From positions 2,544,001 to 2,608,000 of the forward strand of contig NC_087245.1 in NCBI RefSeq assembly GCF_037042905.1: DNA of 64,000 nt, written 5' to 3'. Shown in pieces: positions 27,650-40,101 of the stretch; position 1 is the stretch's first letter; each line of letters starts with the position of its first letter. This stretch comes from Lytechinus pictus. Taxonomy: Eukaryota. The position numbers were made by a program, and so were the translations under genes. The notes beneath the pieces were generated by a model. It did not search any database, was not told the DNA's origin, and worked only from the letters and a program-made list of their open reading frames with translations.

Positions 27650-28383
27650 TGTCCATTGACCGAAAATGAGCTTTGACAATGATCATGTGCATGACCTAAT
27701 TAAGACGTGTGCAAAACAATCATTCATACTTGATTACCCTTATGTTTCATGAACTAGGGCCAACACTATGACGTGCAAAGTTCATTGGCCGTTAATAAAT
27801 GACCTTTGACCTTGATTATGTGACCTGAATCTCGCGCAGGATGTTCAGAGATACTTGATTGCTCTTATGTCCAAGTTTCATGAACTAGATCCATACAATT
27901 TGTAAGTTATGATGACATTTCCACAAATACCCTCAACATGGCCAAAGTTCTTTGACCTAAGTGACCTTTGACCTTGGTCATGTGACCTGGAATTCGGGCA
28001 GGATCTTTAGTAATACACCATCAACTCTTATGTCAAAGTTTTATGAACGAGATCTATATACTTAGTTATGCATGACGACATTTCAAAAACCTTAGTTAAG
28101 ATTTCGATATTGATTCCCCCAACATAACATGGTCTAAGTTCATTGACCCTAAATGACCTTTGACCTTGGTCATGTGACATGAAGCTCAGGCAAAATGTCT
28201 AAAAATACTTGATCACCCTTATGTCAAAGTTTCATGAACTAGGTTTTTACTTCCTAAGTTATGATGACTTTTCAAAAACCTAACCTTGGTTAAGATTTCA
28301 GTGTTGACAACGCTGCCGCCGTCGCCGACGTCTGAAAAGCGGCGCCTATATAGTCTCGCTCTGCTATGCAGGCGAGACAGAAA
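27650..28383 (-). mobile_element. Second HINE/DINE-like element with degenerate internal repeats; related fragments in opposite orientation at about 27130-27480
   Basis: Recurrent aaatgacctttgaccttggtcatgtgac and aagtttcatgaactag; terminal hairpin gtctcgc...gcgagac next to an A-rich end. Confidence 0.65.
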
Positions 28384-29077
28384 TGCAATGACTTTAACTT
28401 TTGTATGATTAGGATGTTGTTGAAATATGGATTCAAAACTTAAGAACTGGTGTAAAATACAAAACATTACACTAAACAACAACAGAAACTAGGAAATTTA
28501 TGATTAAAAAAGTTAAGTTGTACTCATAGGAAGATGAGGAAAATGAAAGATGGAGAGAGAAAGAGAGGGAGAGAGATGTGTTTGTTTTAAAATCGAAAGT
28601 TAAAATGGAGATAAATGAGATCATATTAGTTTTGAAAATGAAATGATAAAATATTTGCAGAAAAGCAGACAAGACAATTTGTTGGCGCTGCGTTATTTTT
28701 GTACCATCATGCACTTTGTATATACATGTATAGTGTCCTATTTACACGGTAAGTTAAACACAATTATTTTTTGTTCAGTCGCAGATACTTTGAAAGAGTT
28801 TGCTCGAACCCCCCCCCCCCCCTTTACAAGACAGTGTATTGTTCATCCAAGCATATGAACAATATTTAGTACAACATTAATGAAAGTTCAGTATTCTTTT
28901 AGATAAGACCTTTGTAATGCAAATCCATGCCTTTAATGGGAGGGAAAATAATCCGATCATCGCATTCGAGAAGAAATGTTGTAAGCTTAAACGGATCCAG
29001 GAGGGGTCGAATAGGCCGCCTAATTTGTATGACTAATTTTGACAACCATCATCAATATGCAAAGTCATAAACATTAA

Positions 29078-30182
29078 AGGAGAAAGAAACCTCTAGAACA
29101 AGAAAGCTTGTGTGAAAACAGAAAAATCGAAGAAATAGATCAACGAAAGTTTGAGAAAAATCGGACAAATAATGAGAAGGTTATGAGCATTTGAATATTG
29201 CGATCACTAATGCAGCTATGGAGATCCTCACATTGGCAATGCGACAAAGATGTGTGATGCATAGAGATATATACTAAGTATATATCTCTATCATAGAGAT
29301 AAATACTAATAACATCTATATGATCTCTATGGTCAGATGGTGTGATGTCACTTGTGAACAACTCTCCCCATTATCACATCTGTCAGTAGATCATATGTTC
29401 TTTCTATAGGAGGGCATGTAATACAGATTTTGAAAGAATACATCATGGATAAAGAGTTTGTATCACCATAAGAGCATGGACCTATTACGTAATAGGTCCA
29501 TGATAAGAGAAAGCAAAAGAGACAATAGGTGGTTTCAGACCGCCTCGAAGTTCGCCAGTTCCAGGTATTCTCTGATCGGGAAATTTACCCCGATCAGAAA
29601 ATACCAGGTATTTTGGCGGTCTGAAAGCAAACTACGCGTAATATCCCCGAAAGAAAATACCCGATAAATAGTAGGTACTTGGCGAAATTACGAGAACTTT
29701 CGCGGGGATTTTTCCAAGGTCGTGGGTATTTTGGCGGTCTGAAAGCAAATTACGGGAACTTTTAGCCCAGCGTGTCGTTGGGTGCGGCGCCGTGCATGGG
29801 TTGCTGCTGGGCTAGTGATTTTGAATTTCGCGCCTTGCTGCTTATCAGACCATACTGCGCATGCTCGTAACTTCAGGAACTTATCCAGAAGGGTATGTTT
29901 CAGGGCGGTGTGAATGCAGGAATAATTAATGGGTATTTTTCAGCCTAAAAAAGTTCTCGTAATTTAACGGGGATTCTTGTGATCGAGGCGGTTTGAAACC
30001 ACCTATTTTGGGGGTATTCTATAGTCCATCAAAGGGAAAGTTGTTCACATGTGACATCACACATCCTTGCAATATTCAAATGCTGATAACTTTCTCATTG
30101 TTTGCCCGATTTTTCTCAAACTTTCGTTGATCTGTTTCTTTGATTTTTCTGTTTCGACACAAGCCTACTTATTCCAAAGGTT
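29078..30182. mobile_element. Kolobok-like MITE carrying nested insertions; right tip eroded
   Basis: ttaa|aggagaa start; long inverted match gatcaacgaaagtttgagaaaaatcgg / ccgatttttctcaaactttcgttgatc. Confidence 0.78.
29527..30004 (+). mobile_element. 478-bp young MITE, PIF/Harbinger-ISL2EU-like
   Basis: TIRs aggtggtttcagaccgcctcga / tcgaggcggtttgaaaccacct; nearly identical to the copies at 41274-42710. Confidence 0.92.
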
Positions 30183-30243
30183 AACTTAATAATTAACATC
30201 ATTTATATAGCGCTTATCACAAAGAATGTCTCTAAGCGCTTAA

Positions 30244-32716
30244 AGGGGAATCCAGCCTTGGCCATTAAATGTTGTGTTGGGAAGGAGAAAAATAAATTAA
30301 ACAGAATGGTGAAAGTTTGAAAGAAATCGGACAAGCAATAAGAAAGTTATAGCTGCTTTAAAATTGAGACCACTAATACTATGTACATTTCAAATTGGCA
30401 ACTGGGTAAGTAAATTATGACAAGGGGCAAGGACAACTTTCCCATAGGCCATGTACTTTATTATCAGGGATTTGTGGTTTTCTCCTAAGTACCCATTCCC
30501 CTGGGGCAGTAATCTAAATATAACCCAGGTAGTATATTGTCTTATAAACCTCTCTTTAAGAATGTCGAATAATCCGTTCCTCTGATTGGTCAAAACTGAG
30601 GTCATGTAAACGACCATGCCTTCAAAACAACAAATTAAGGTGGTAACCAAGGGCAACGGGCATAGTTAACAAGATTTCTGCCCGTTGCCCCCTGACCCAC
30701 CCCTTAACGACGGGCATGGCAAAATTTGGCCGAGATCCCCATTTGATTGCATGCAAAATGTTGCTTTCTGCGGTGATTGCGGATACCATAAATATCCGCG
30801 CGATTTGATCGGAAGTTTTAGACAATTCGCGCATTTACGCGCTTATAGCGCTAGTGCGCGCAACGGATATGTCACATCGATGAAAAGATGCCGATCTTTG
30901 TCTTTTGCTTGTTGATTCCTGTTAAAATATATGGCATTATTTAAAAGAAGACTAACTTATTAAGGACATAACGGATGTATCAATCATCAAGTCTTGTTGC
31001 AGTTTTTCATTGAAATGCATGCTCGCAAAAGGTGAGTCGAATGAAAAGATAATACCGTACGGTCACTGCACTTTCTAATTAAAGTTAGATTTATAAGTAA
31101 CGTTAGAGTCTAACGTTAGACTACTCGTTAGGTATGACAAACGACAACGTTAGGTCGTGAAATCTACCGTTAGCTTTTATATATAGATTATAGGAGTTAA
31201 GAGTAGATTCAAGATCTAAGTTAGATCTAATTAACGTTAGGCCTAATGTTCCGTTTAATCTTACTTTGGATTTGACGTAGGCCTAGCCGAGATCTAACGT
31301 TCATGACGTCGGTTAGGCCTAGATCTAACTTAGAGTGGCACTTAGACTGTACCGTAAGGGCACTAGTATTCAACCCGTTTGGAGAGTTTCCTCAAATAAA
31401 AAGAAATATAAAATTCACCTGAATTTCAGACCCGTCTTATTTCCAAGAGCAAATGCTGGTTATTCTTTTTCCGTTATTTTTTTCTTCAACCAGTTGACTG
31501 TGTGCGCGGGCGATCGAATTATACGGCGACGGATTTTGGTACTAGTATTCAACCCGTCGGCACTAGTATTCAACCTAGCGATGAAAGATGGCCCTGTCTC
31601 TCAATCTGCCCTTGTCCCATCCGACTATGGACTAGACCATTTGAGATGAGACCAAACAGGGAATTAATCAAAGCCAGAGATTTACATAGATCTAGATCTA
31701 ATTTAGCAATCTAAACCCTTTTGAGATTTGCTATCAATCCTCACTAGGTTGAATACTAGTACCATTCAGTGCAAAAGGCCATCGCCGCATAATTCGATCC
31801 TCCGCGCATACGGTCGACAGATTGACAAAAAAAATATCGACAACAGATTACCCTGGAAATAACAAAGGTGTGAAATTAAGATAAATTCCCTATTTCTAAA
31901 TATTTTGGGGAATATGTCAAAATCTTTGAATTATGCCGGGTTGAATACTAGTACCCATACGGTAAGTGTAAGTAACGTTAATGGAGATTTAACGTTAAGT
32001 TAAGTTAAGTCAGTAAACTTAACTTGGAAGTTGGGGTAGCCTAGTTCAGACCCTAATTTGGTTCCTAAATAGGCCTAGTGGCAGTACTCAGTAGATCTAA
32101 TTGGTATGGAATGCTTTAGTATTCGACTTCGAGACCTAACGTCAGGGGCAGGGCTAAGACCAAGTTAGGGCCTAATGTTAGCCTGTGGCTTAGGGCTTTT
32201 AGGCCTAAAACTTGTTTAAGATCTAGATCTAGCGTTAATTCGGTTCATAAAATATATATGGACTGCTTTTATATTCGAGACATGGTTGTTTCTTTCGGCT
32301 CGCGGGTACCGCATCGGCCAGACCATGCCCTCGGGCAAAGCCCTCGGGCATAGTCGCGCTGCGGCCCCCTTGAGCCTCTAGAAACAACCATGCCTCTCAA
32401 AGCAGTCCATATATCTATATTATGTCCTCATGAAAGAAAAATATAATTTGAAATAAAACTTTTGGGGAAAATGACATTTTAGCCATAATATGTATTGGAG
32501 TACATGGAAGAGTAGTCCTTGCCTTACATCACTATGACATCCCATATGCGGCCAATTTGAAGTCTCCATGGGTATAGTGATTACCAATATTTACAACTTT
32601 TAAAAATTCATAACTTTCTTGTTGTTTGTCCAATATTGATCAAACTTTCACCGATCAACTTGTCTGATTTTTCTTTTCCTTATAAAATCAAGTTTTTATT
32701 TGGGTTGGATTCCCCT
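30244..32716. mobile_element. Kolobok-like element with nested insertions
   Basis: ttaa|aggggaatcca ... tggattcccct|ttaa. Confidence 0.9.
31352..31962. mobile_element. Tc1/mariner-type MITE
   Basis: TA|ccgtaagggcactagtattcaacccg ... cgggttgaatactagtacccatacgg|TA; ctagtattcaacc repeated internally. Confidence 0.85.
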
Positions 32717-33181
32717 TTAAGGAAAATACATAGGAAGACAAGAAATTTCAGCTAAAATCAAATTATACATGTTAACAGTTGAAAGTAGACAGTTGAAGCC
32801 GCATATGCTATGGACGATCTATTTAACGAAAATATGAGTTTTTAACATAGATTTGAATTTGTCAGTTGAGTCTGCTTGTTTTATGCTATGAGGAAGGTTG
32901 TTCCAAAGTTGAGGGGATGCTGAACAAAAAGATCGGGAACCATAAGACTGGGTGTTGATGGCAGGAACTTTTAAGAGTGATTTTTTGCATGAGCGCAAGT
33001 TGCGGGAGGGTGAGTATTCTGATATTAACTGTTGAAGATAGACTGGAGCTGATTTTATCAAACATTGGAAAGTAAGCAAGATATTTATCTCATAATCAGT
33101 GGTCAGCTTAAAATGAGCAGATCGTTATTATCTTCGGGGTATGAGGCCGGGGCATGAGTAGCTAACAGACGGATCATTAGA

Positions 33182-33445
33182 CCGGTGTGTTGGCTCACTT
33201 GAAAGAGCGTCTGCCTCACAACTGGGAGGTTGGGAGTTCAAACCCCGGCCGTGTCAGACCAAAAGGCATTAAAATATGGAAGTTGCTGCTACCCTGTTTG
33301 GCGTTCAACGGTTCATGGGATAGAGCTACGTCGATCTGCCGCTGCGAAGTGGCTGCCGGGCACACGATAAATTTGGCAAAACGAATTTTTGGAGTATTTC
33401 TGTTTCATAATTCTATTTCGAACAATAGGGCCTAATTTTCATTTT
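33182..33445 (+). mobile_element. tRNA-derived SINE, second family
   Basis: A-box-like tggctcacttg, tRNA-like arm, B box gttcaaaccc, then a non-tRNA body. Confidence 0.75.
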
Positions 33446-35829
33446 TGCATCAGATATTTTCAATATTGTTTTTATAATCGATCAATGAGTTTAGTTCGCC
33501 CCCTTCATACCGGGTACCCGATATAACAATGTTACACTGATTTGGATATTGATCAGACAGAAATTGTGGGAATTGTGGGATGAATTGTGTCATCTTTGGT
33601 TAACATGCCATTGCTTCTATCGTGTTATTCGGATCATGGACCCTTCCATGTGCTAAATCAAGGGGTGGTGCCTGGGTATTTTGACATGGTGTGGGACAAG
33701 ACAACCTAAACCTGAATTAAGTCTAGAAATATTTATGACTAAAGCCTTTCTTTTTTTAAACCGGTCCTCATTTCCTTTCTTTCGTCCTCTGTCTTTTTTT
33801 TCTATCCTTCTGTTTAACTACATGAAAATTGCAGGCCCCCAGTAGCCATGGCGGCGCTGTCCCTTGCACTCATGTTAAAAGCTGGCTTTTTTTTTTTTTT
33901 CATTTTACCAATTTATGTGAGGCCATCCTGTCGAAAATCACTTATAACTTAAAGGAATTGTCCGGGCTGAAAATATTCATATTTAAATAAATAAAGTAAA
34001 ATTCACAAAGCAAACTGCTGAAAATTTCATCAAAATCGGATAACAAATAACAAAGTTATTGAATTTTTAATCAATATTTTGTTCAATCTTGTTCAATTTT
34101 TCTGCGCAACCTGATTTTTACATTGAAATTTCAAACTCGTCTTGCTCATTAACGCGTGAAGTGTTCGTCACATGGGTCTATTAGGTATCAGAATGTAGAG
34201 GAATCATTGAATTGTATGATAATGTTAAAGAAATAACATAATTAATTTGCCTTTAAAAAGGTGTGGGAATCCCGGTTTCCTTTTTTTCTGGGACGCACTG
34301 TAAAGCGATCCCTTGTCAATGTTATTTTCACATTTGGTCGCTCTTCATCCAGGTGCTAAATTCATGAAATGGGTACTGATGTCGTTTGCTTTTAACAAGT
34401 ATTATTAGAGTGTTAATTGAATGCTCTTTGTTTGAATACACAGGGAGTTTGGATTATGAATTAAATGTTCCTTGATTAATTAGATCATTTGTTGATCACT
34501 TGGATTTTGTCAAGTTATATTCTCGTCTGCTATGATGTTGGTTTAACTGGGGAACAAAAGTTACACAAACAGCTTTCATTCCTTACAACCACGCCTATAA
34601 TAACATGAATAACTCATATCAAATTGTTATCTGTGGAAAAGGGGAAGCTCCAGGTCAAAACAATATACAATGTACTCTTCAAGGAAATGTCTGAAAAAGT
34701 CTCCGGCACTCGTCAAAACTAAAACAAGTTGAATCCTTGACCCCCCCCCAAAAAAAAAAAACCAACCTTTTAATTGACAAGGTATACTTTTCGTGATATA
34801 TTATGTATATAAGAATCGTTGGTAAAGATTTTTGTTAGTTTTCGTTTCTGTCGTTCAGTGTTTATTCTAGTTCTGGGGAGCCTTTCATGAAATGACTTGG
34901 CAGATATTGTTTTTATCAAACAGTATGAACAGATAACTGTAGGCGTACTTCTTAGCCAATCAAAACCAAAGGAAAGTTCCAGTACTCTAAGTTCCCATTC
35001 CCCTACATTTACTTAAAAGTTTTGGAGAGTCACATGGAATTTTAGTTGTAATTCTACTATTGGCATTGTGTTTTGTTCTTCTCACTCTCAACTTTTTGTA
35101 GGATGATACGATATCTAGCAAAAATAGACGAGTAACCAATTGAAATATTAATTTTTCCTTGTTTAAGTATATCTTGCCCTTCATTTTTTCTTATCAAAGT
35201 AGTTCATGCTGCATCCAACCCTTTTGAATAATGTATAATGTCATGCTGACAGTCGGGAAGTTTTCTTCACGGAAATGGGATCTGATGGTCAAGATATTGT
35301 TACGTCATTGTATTCCGATAGCATGAGCTGAACTGCAGAAGCACGGATGAATGAAATGATAGAGAAAGAGAGGGGGGAGCGCCAAATTCTCCCGTAAAAA
35401 AGCTCGATCTGAAGCAGAAATCACCCGAAACGTGATGAGACGATGTTAAAAATAAAGAAAGGAATTCTTCTATGATGTATTGGAAACACATACTGCATCT
35501 CCAACATGTTGATGGAGGATGAACTACCTGAATCATTATGTTGATGTGTCCAAATCTATTCACGTATTTTATCTCCGCCGACAGGTCCATGAATAACTTA
35601 TTATATCATCACAATTTTATCGAAAACTTAATTGCTCTAGGGAGAGAAAGAAATCTTAATTTTGCTGTGAATGACGTACAAAAATAAATCATTATCATAA
35701 TTTTTTTCAATATTGGAAGAGTGATCAGAAAATGTAATAAAAGGGATACCAATGTCTACAGAATTATGAAAAAATGTATCAAAGCCTTATGTCCCAATCA
35801 ATCGGTTTGGATTAATCACATGTGTGTCG

Positions 35830-36207
35830 ACTGTCCAGTTCGGTCCAGTTGGACAAGAGTCGCAACGGACGGTTATGACGAAAAGACAAGTGTTTCTGTC
35901 AGAGCGAGGCAAAAATTGATCAGTCCGAGTTTTCCCCTCATATTGAAAGACTACTTATTTACGATCTTTCGATGCACAGAAGTTTTTATTTTGTCCCAAC
36001 AATCTAAAGTAAGCGGGGAAAGCATTGAATTTGCAGAATTTGAGAGAAGGATATTGGAATTTTATGTGGAGGACGCTGCTTGAAACGACTTAAAATGAAT
36101 TTGGATTCGGGTTTCATTTCTTTACCATAGTTTTCAGAGTCGACTTATTTCAAGAGAAATTAATTACTCTGCACATTCTCACTGGGGCGTTTGGTGCAAA
36201 TAATCCG
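35830..36207 (+). other. Candidate non-coding 5' exon of GPCR-B (start approximate)
   Basis: Non-repetitive, CpG-containing stretch ending in a consensus donor CCG|gtaagt. The acceptor at 37887 requires an upstream donor. Confidence 0.45.
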
Positions 36208-37472
36208 GTAAGTCAATGTTTCTTTTTTTAATTATATGTAGCTATAAGCTTATAGTATTGTGCATGAAACAATAATTGTCAGCTGCCTATCGTTTTGTTC
36301 AGCAATCCATTCTTTTGTCTTCCTTTTTATTATTATTTTCATTATACATTACCAAATATTCCTTGCTTGGTGTAAATCAGTTTAATGTCTTAAGAGCACA
36401 TGGGTTTGCCAACAAGTTAAATCTCGACAGAAATGAATACTTCAAGCACTATCTATAAAAAATTATTATAAACTCATTATCTTTGTAAAATGACTCAGAT
36501 ACATGACTTTGAGAACAAAATGATGTGTACTGGTTACATGTATTTCAAATTAGATTTTAAAAAAAAAACTGTCAATCAGTCAAAGTGATTTATTTCCAGC
36601 TTTAAATCCAGCATATCGGAACATTCTGTTTACACTTTACTTTCTTCTTCTTTTTTCTCTCCCCCTTTCCTTTTATTTTCTTCCACATATTCAGTTCATC
36701 TCTGTTTTACTTCCTTAACAACATTATACTAATAGAAGTTTATTTGTAACATCGATAGGTTACATTCCTCTCGCTTCTTTTCCAATGAAAACATCTTCAT
36801 ATATTTTTAGGTCAACTAGTTTTGATAGGTTTTTATGATATGATTTGATGCAGTTTATTCCCTTGATTTTGTTTTCTTAATAAGTATAAAATAAAATTCA
36901 GTGTGAATCTGAAATAAAATCTAAAATAGTAAATAGCTAATTAATGATCAAAATACCAGTGATCATATACAGAAGGAAAGAATGGAAGATAAACAGATAG
37001 GAAGATAGACAGATAGAAAGAAACAATTATGTATAGGAATTTGAAAATGATAAGAAGAAAGAGGTTGAAGGATGAAATAGAATGATTCAGGCAGGTGCTC
37101 GTTCTCGTAAACCGACGGGGAGATGGCGGCTAGGAAGGAAGGGAGGATGATGCCTCAATCAGGCCACTGTCATTTCATAACATTCTCAATACTGCTCTGG
37201 GCAACCGTGCTACCTGTCACAAGAAAAGGAAATGTCAGAAACTAAGATATCTCGGATTAAACTAATGTCGCATCGATCGAACCAGTCACGAAAAGGATAG
37301 AGCCAAAGCAGGGGATACAGATTCATATGCTCCAAAACATCACAAGAATACTATTTAGGGTTCATGGTGTATTTTCCTTATCCAGTGAATATGGAAATGT
37401 TTGAATAATTTTTCTCTCTCTCTTTCTCTCTCACCCCCGCGCACAATCCCCCCCCCCCCCACACACACACAC

Positions 37473-37751
37473 CACTGGCGGATCCAGGTGGGGGCACATC
37501 CGGCCCGGCCCTTTGGGTGACACCAAAAAAAAAAAGGGGATAGGGGAATGTGTCATGCAATCGGAAGTGATTACATTTTTTTAATTCCTTTGTTGTTGTT
37601 GTTGTTTTTTGCTTGTCAAAGTTTTCCTTGGACAAATTAACCTCCATTTTGTAGTGACTTTTTTTTTTTGGGGGGGGGGGGGCGGGTTGTCAAAATTTTC
37701 CTGTACAAAAATGCCCCCCCCCCCCTTTTGGAAAATCCTGGATCCGCCCCG
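37473..37751. mobile_element. Small hAT-like MITE in the 5' UTR intron of GPCR-B
   Basis: cactggcggatccagg / cctggatccgccccg flanked by acacacac on both sides. Confidence 0.7.
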
Positions 37752-37798
37752 ACACACACCATCCATCCGTCTATCTGACTTTCTCTCTGCGTGTCTGT

Positions 37799-37829
<31 letters not shown>

Positions 37830-37942
37830 CTATCTGTCTCCTTTATCTTTATGTGTTTCCCGATATATCTCTATTCTATCACTATAGATGATTGAGCATC
37901 ACGCTGAAAGTATTGTATGAGAAGAACCACTGTAATGTGAAC

Positions 37943-38049
37943 ATGACTTCAAGAATGTTCCATAACCATGGCAACCAGACTCATTATGAAGAAGAGAATG
38001 ATGCCCTTTCTCAGCAAAACAAGTGGCTTCTAATGTGTGAGAGTATCAG
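37943..38049 (+). CDS. GPCR-B coding exon 1 (MTSRMFHNHGNQTHYEEENDALSQQNKWLLMCESI + AG, phase 2)
   Basis: ATG at 37943, NQT sequon, donor AG|gtacaa whose phase matches the next exon; acceptor ctatag| ends at 37887. Confidence 0.85.
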
Positions 38050-39082
38050 GTACAAACATTGTTACCAGTCGAAATCAAAATTTTGAATTTAGTAAAAAAA
38101 ACAAAAACAATTTTTCACGAACTAATTATTCCTCATTTGAGCTGGAACATTTAAGTTTACAGAAAAAAATAAAAATTATCCTTTTTTTCTAGCTTTTTAG
38201 CATTGGGCTAAATTATCTGGATAACACATTGGATGTACGAAAACGAAAAGAATCAGAAAATGGAATAGAAAATACATGAAGCAATCATAAAGATGATACA
38301 AGGAATTGGAATTCCAAATTTGATGAGTTCCCCAAAACTCACAAGACACAGTTTACATTTTTTTCTCTAAAGTCCGACTATTACAAGTAGGCTATGAAGT
38401 ACTAGAAAGGACGAGAATATCACATTTATTTTTATGATTTTTCTTAAAATGATTTAAATGCTAATTGGGGTAAAGTAGAACTTGATAGTTCGGTTCATCG
38501 TCTGTTTTCCGATATTTGAATCAGATTATTAGGTTTGATTAATTTTCATCCTGCTTTTCAAAATTAAATATCCGTCTTAAGGAAGTCGTCAAAGGATAAT
38601 TGAGACATCAACGTCAAAATACTCAACAAAGATAGTTGATGGATATAATCTTCAAATTCCTTGTAGAATAATGGATTTCTTAGAAATGAGTTACGACTGA
38701 AATAGTGAATGAGAATAATTCATTATATAAAGATGACGTCCGAAAGACTAATATTAATTGAAATTTCACTTATGAATTATAAAATTTTGTACGACTGAAA
38801 GTGATTTATTACATTGGTTTGTAAACGTATTAAAAAAGATAGTGTGGATGCTTTTATTGTTTCAGATGGGATTAGTATCTCGATAACTATTTTTATCCCA
38901 TGCACGTTCATTTTCTGTTATTCTTTCAATATTTATTGAATATAAAATAACATCAATAGTTACAAAATAAGTTTTGATGACGAGATAATCAGAAAACATT
39001 TTCGTTCGAAATTTGAGATTGCAATTGCTCAAATTTTAGTTGTACATAATTATTACCTTGTCTTTTTTTACTCCCACAATAG

Positions 39083-39296
39083 TCTTGGGATCATTATCAT
39101 CACATCTCTTGTTGCCAATATGGTTGCCATAGGAACGATTATGCGCCTGCGCAGTCTTAGGAACGTCCCTCATCACCTTCTTGTCTTGAATCTCAGTATT
39201 GCCGATTTAGGAATCACACTAACCAGCATGCCTTTCGCCCTTTATTCTATCTTCGATGGTGGGGTTCTTTTGAGAAGCAACGCAATACTTTGCAAG
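39083..39296 (+). CDS. GPCR-B coding exon 2 (TM1, TM2, start of TM3)
   Basis: Acceptor cccacaatag|T and donor AAG|gtatgt; 214 nt. Encodes LVAN (N1.50), LNLSIADL and LCK. Confidence 0.93.
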
Positions 39297-39556
39297 GTAT
39301 GTCGAATTAACCATGTAATGTATCATACTATGAATATCATCTGTATTCATGGTAACACACACAAAATTAAAGTCTTGAGAATTATTACAAAAGCCTTGCA
39401 CATCATATATCACATAGAATATACAAAAACATAATTAAACAAGAATCGTGTGAAGCAAATAAGTTAATGGGGGATATTGACACTAAGCTTGTGATTACTT
39501 GTTAACTTGACATTTCTCTCGTTCTCTATCGCGGGTTATATTAATTTGAATATTAA

Positions 39557-40101
39557 AGGGGTACTCCGAGTTGAAAATAATTGAATCTAAATAAATAAAC
39601 TCGCCGAGCAGAATGCTGAAAATTTCATCAAAATCTGATAACAAATGAATAAGTTATTGAATTTTCAAAATTTTGCAGCATTTTGCGAAAACAGTTATAT
39701 GCATTTTGTCATGAATATCCATTAGGTGGGCTGATGATGTAATGTCCACTCTTTCTTATGTTATTATATTAAATCGTATATATTTCATATTTTCATTCAC
39801 AAGTGTGTTTGATATGTCTCCCTTAATAAGATGCACCAGTGGATATTATAATACATTAAATTGGTTGTCAATCCATTTTGTTTTATTATTGAAGGATAAA
39901 ATTTGAATAAACAATTTCATATGATAAAATACAAAAGAACAAGTGGGGACATGATATCATCAGCTTGCTAATTGAATATTCATGAAGACATGCATAGAAC
40001 TGTTTTATCGAACTAATGCAGATCTCTAAAATGCCATAAATTCGTTATTCTTTTTCCGATTTTGATCTTTTTCTTTATTATTTTTAGCCTGGAGTACCCC
40101 T
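39557..40101. mobile_element. Kolobok-like MITE, same family as 17959-18563
   Basis: ttaa|aggggtactcc ... ggagtacccct|tcaa; shared internal sequence. Confidence 0.85.

Larger units (their letters stand above)
30198..33085 (-). mobile_element. L2-like LINE 3' fragment interrupted by a 2.5-kb DNA element
   Basis: ORF 32819..33079 (APVYL...RNLRS...YGSRSF...LWNNLP...FKSMLKTHIF) resembles an ORF2 C-terminus. The 3' stem-loop agcgct...agcgct plus atataaat lies at 30198-30240. Confidence 0.82.
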
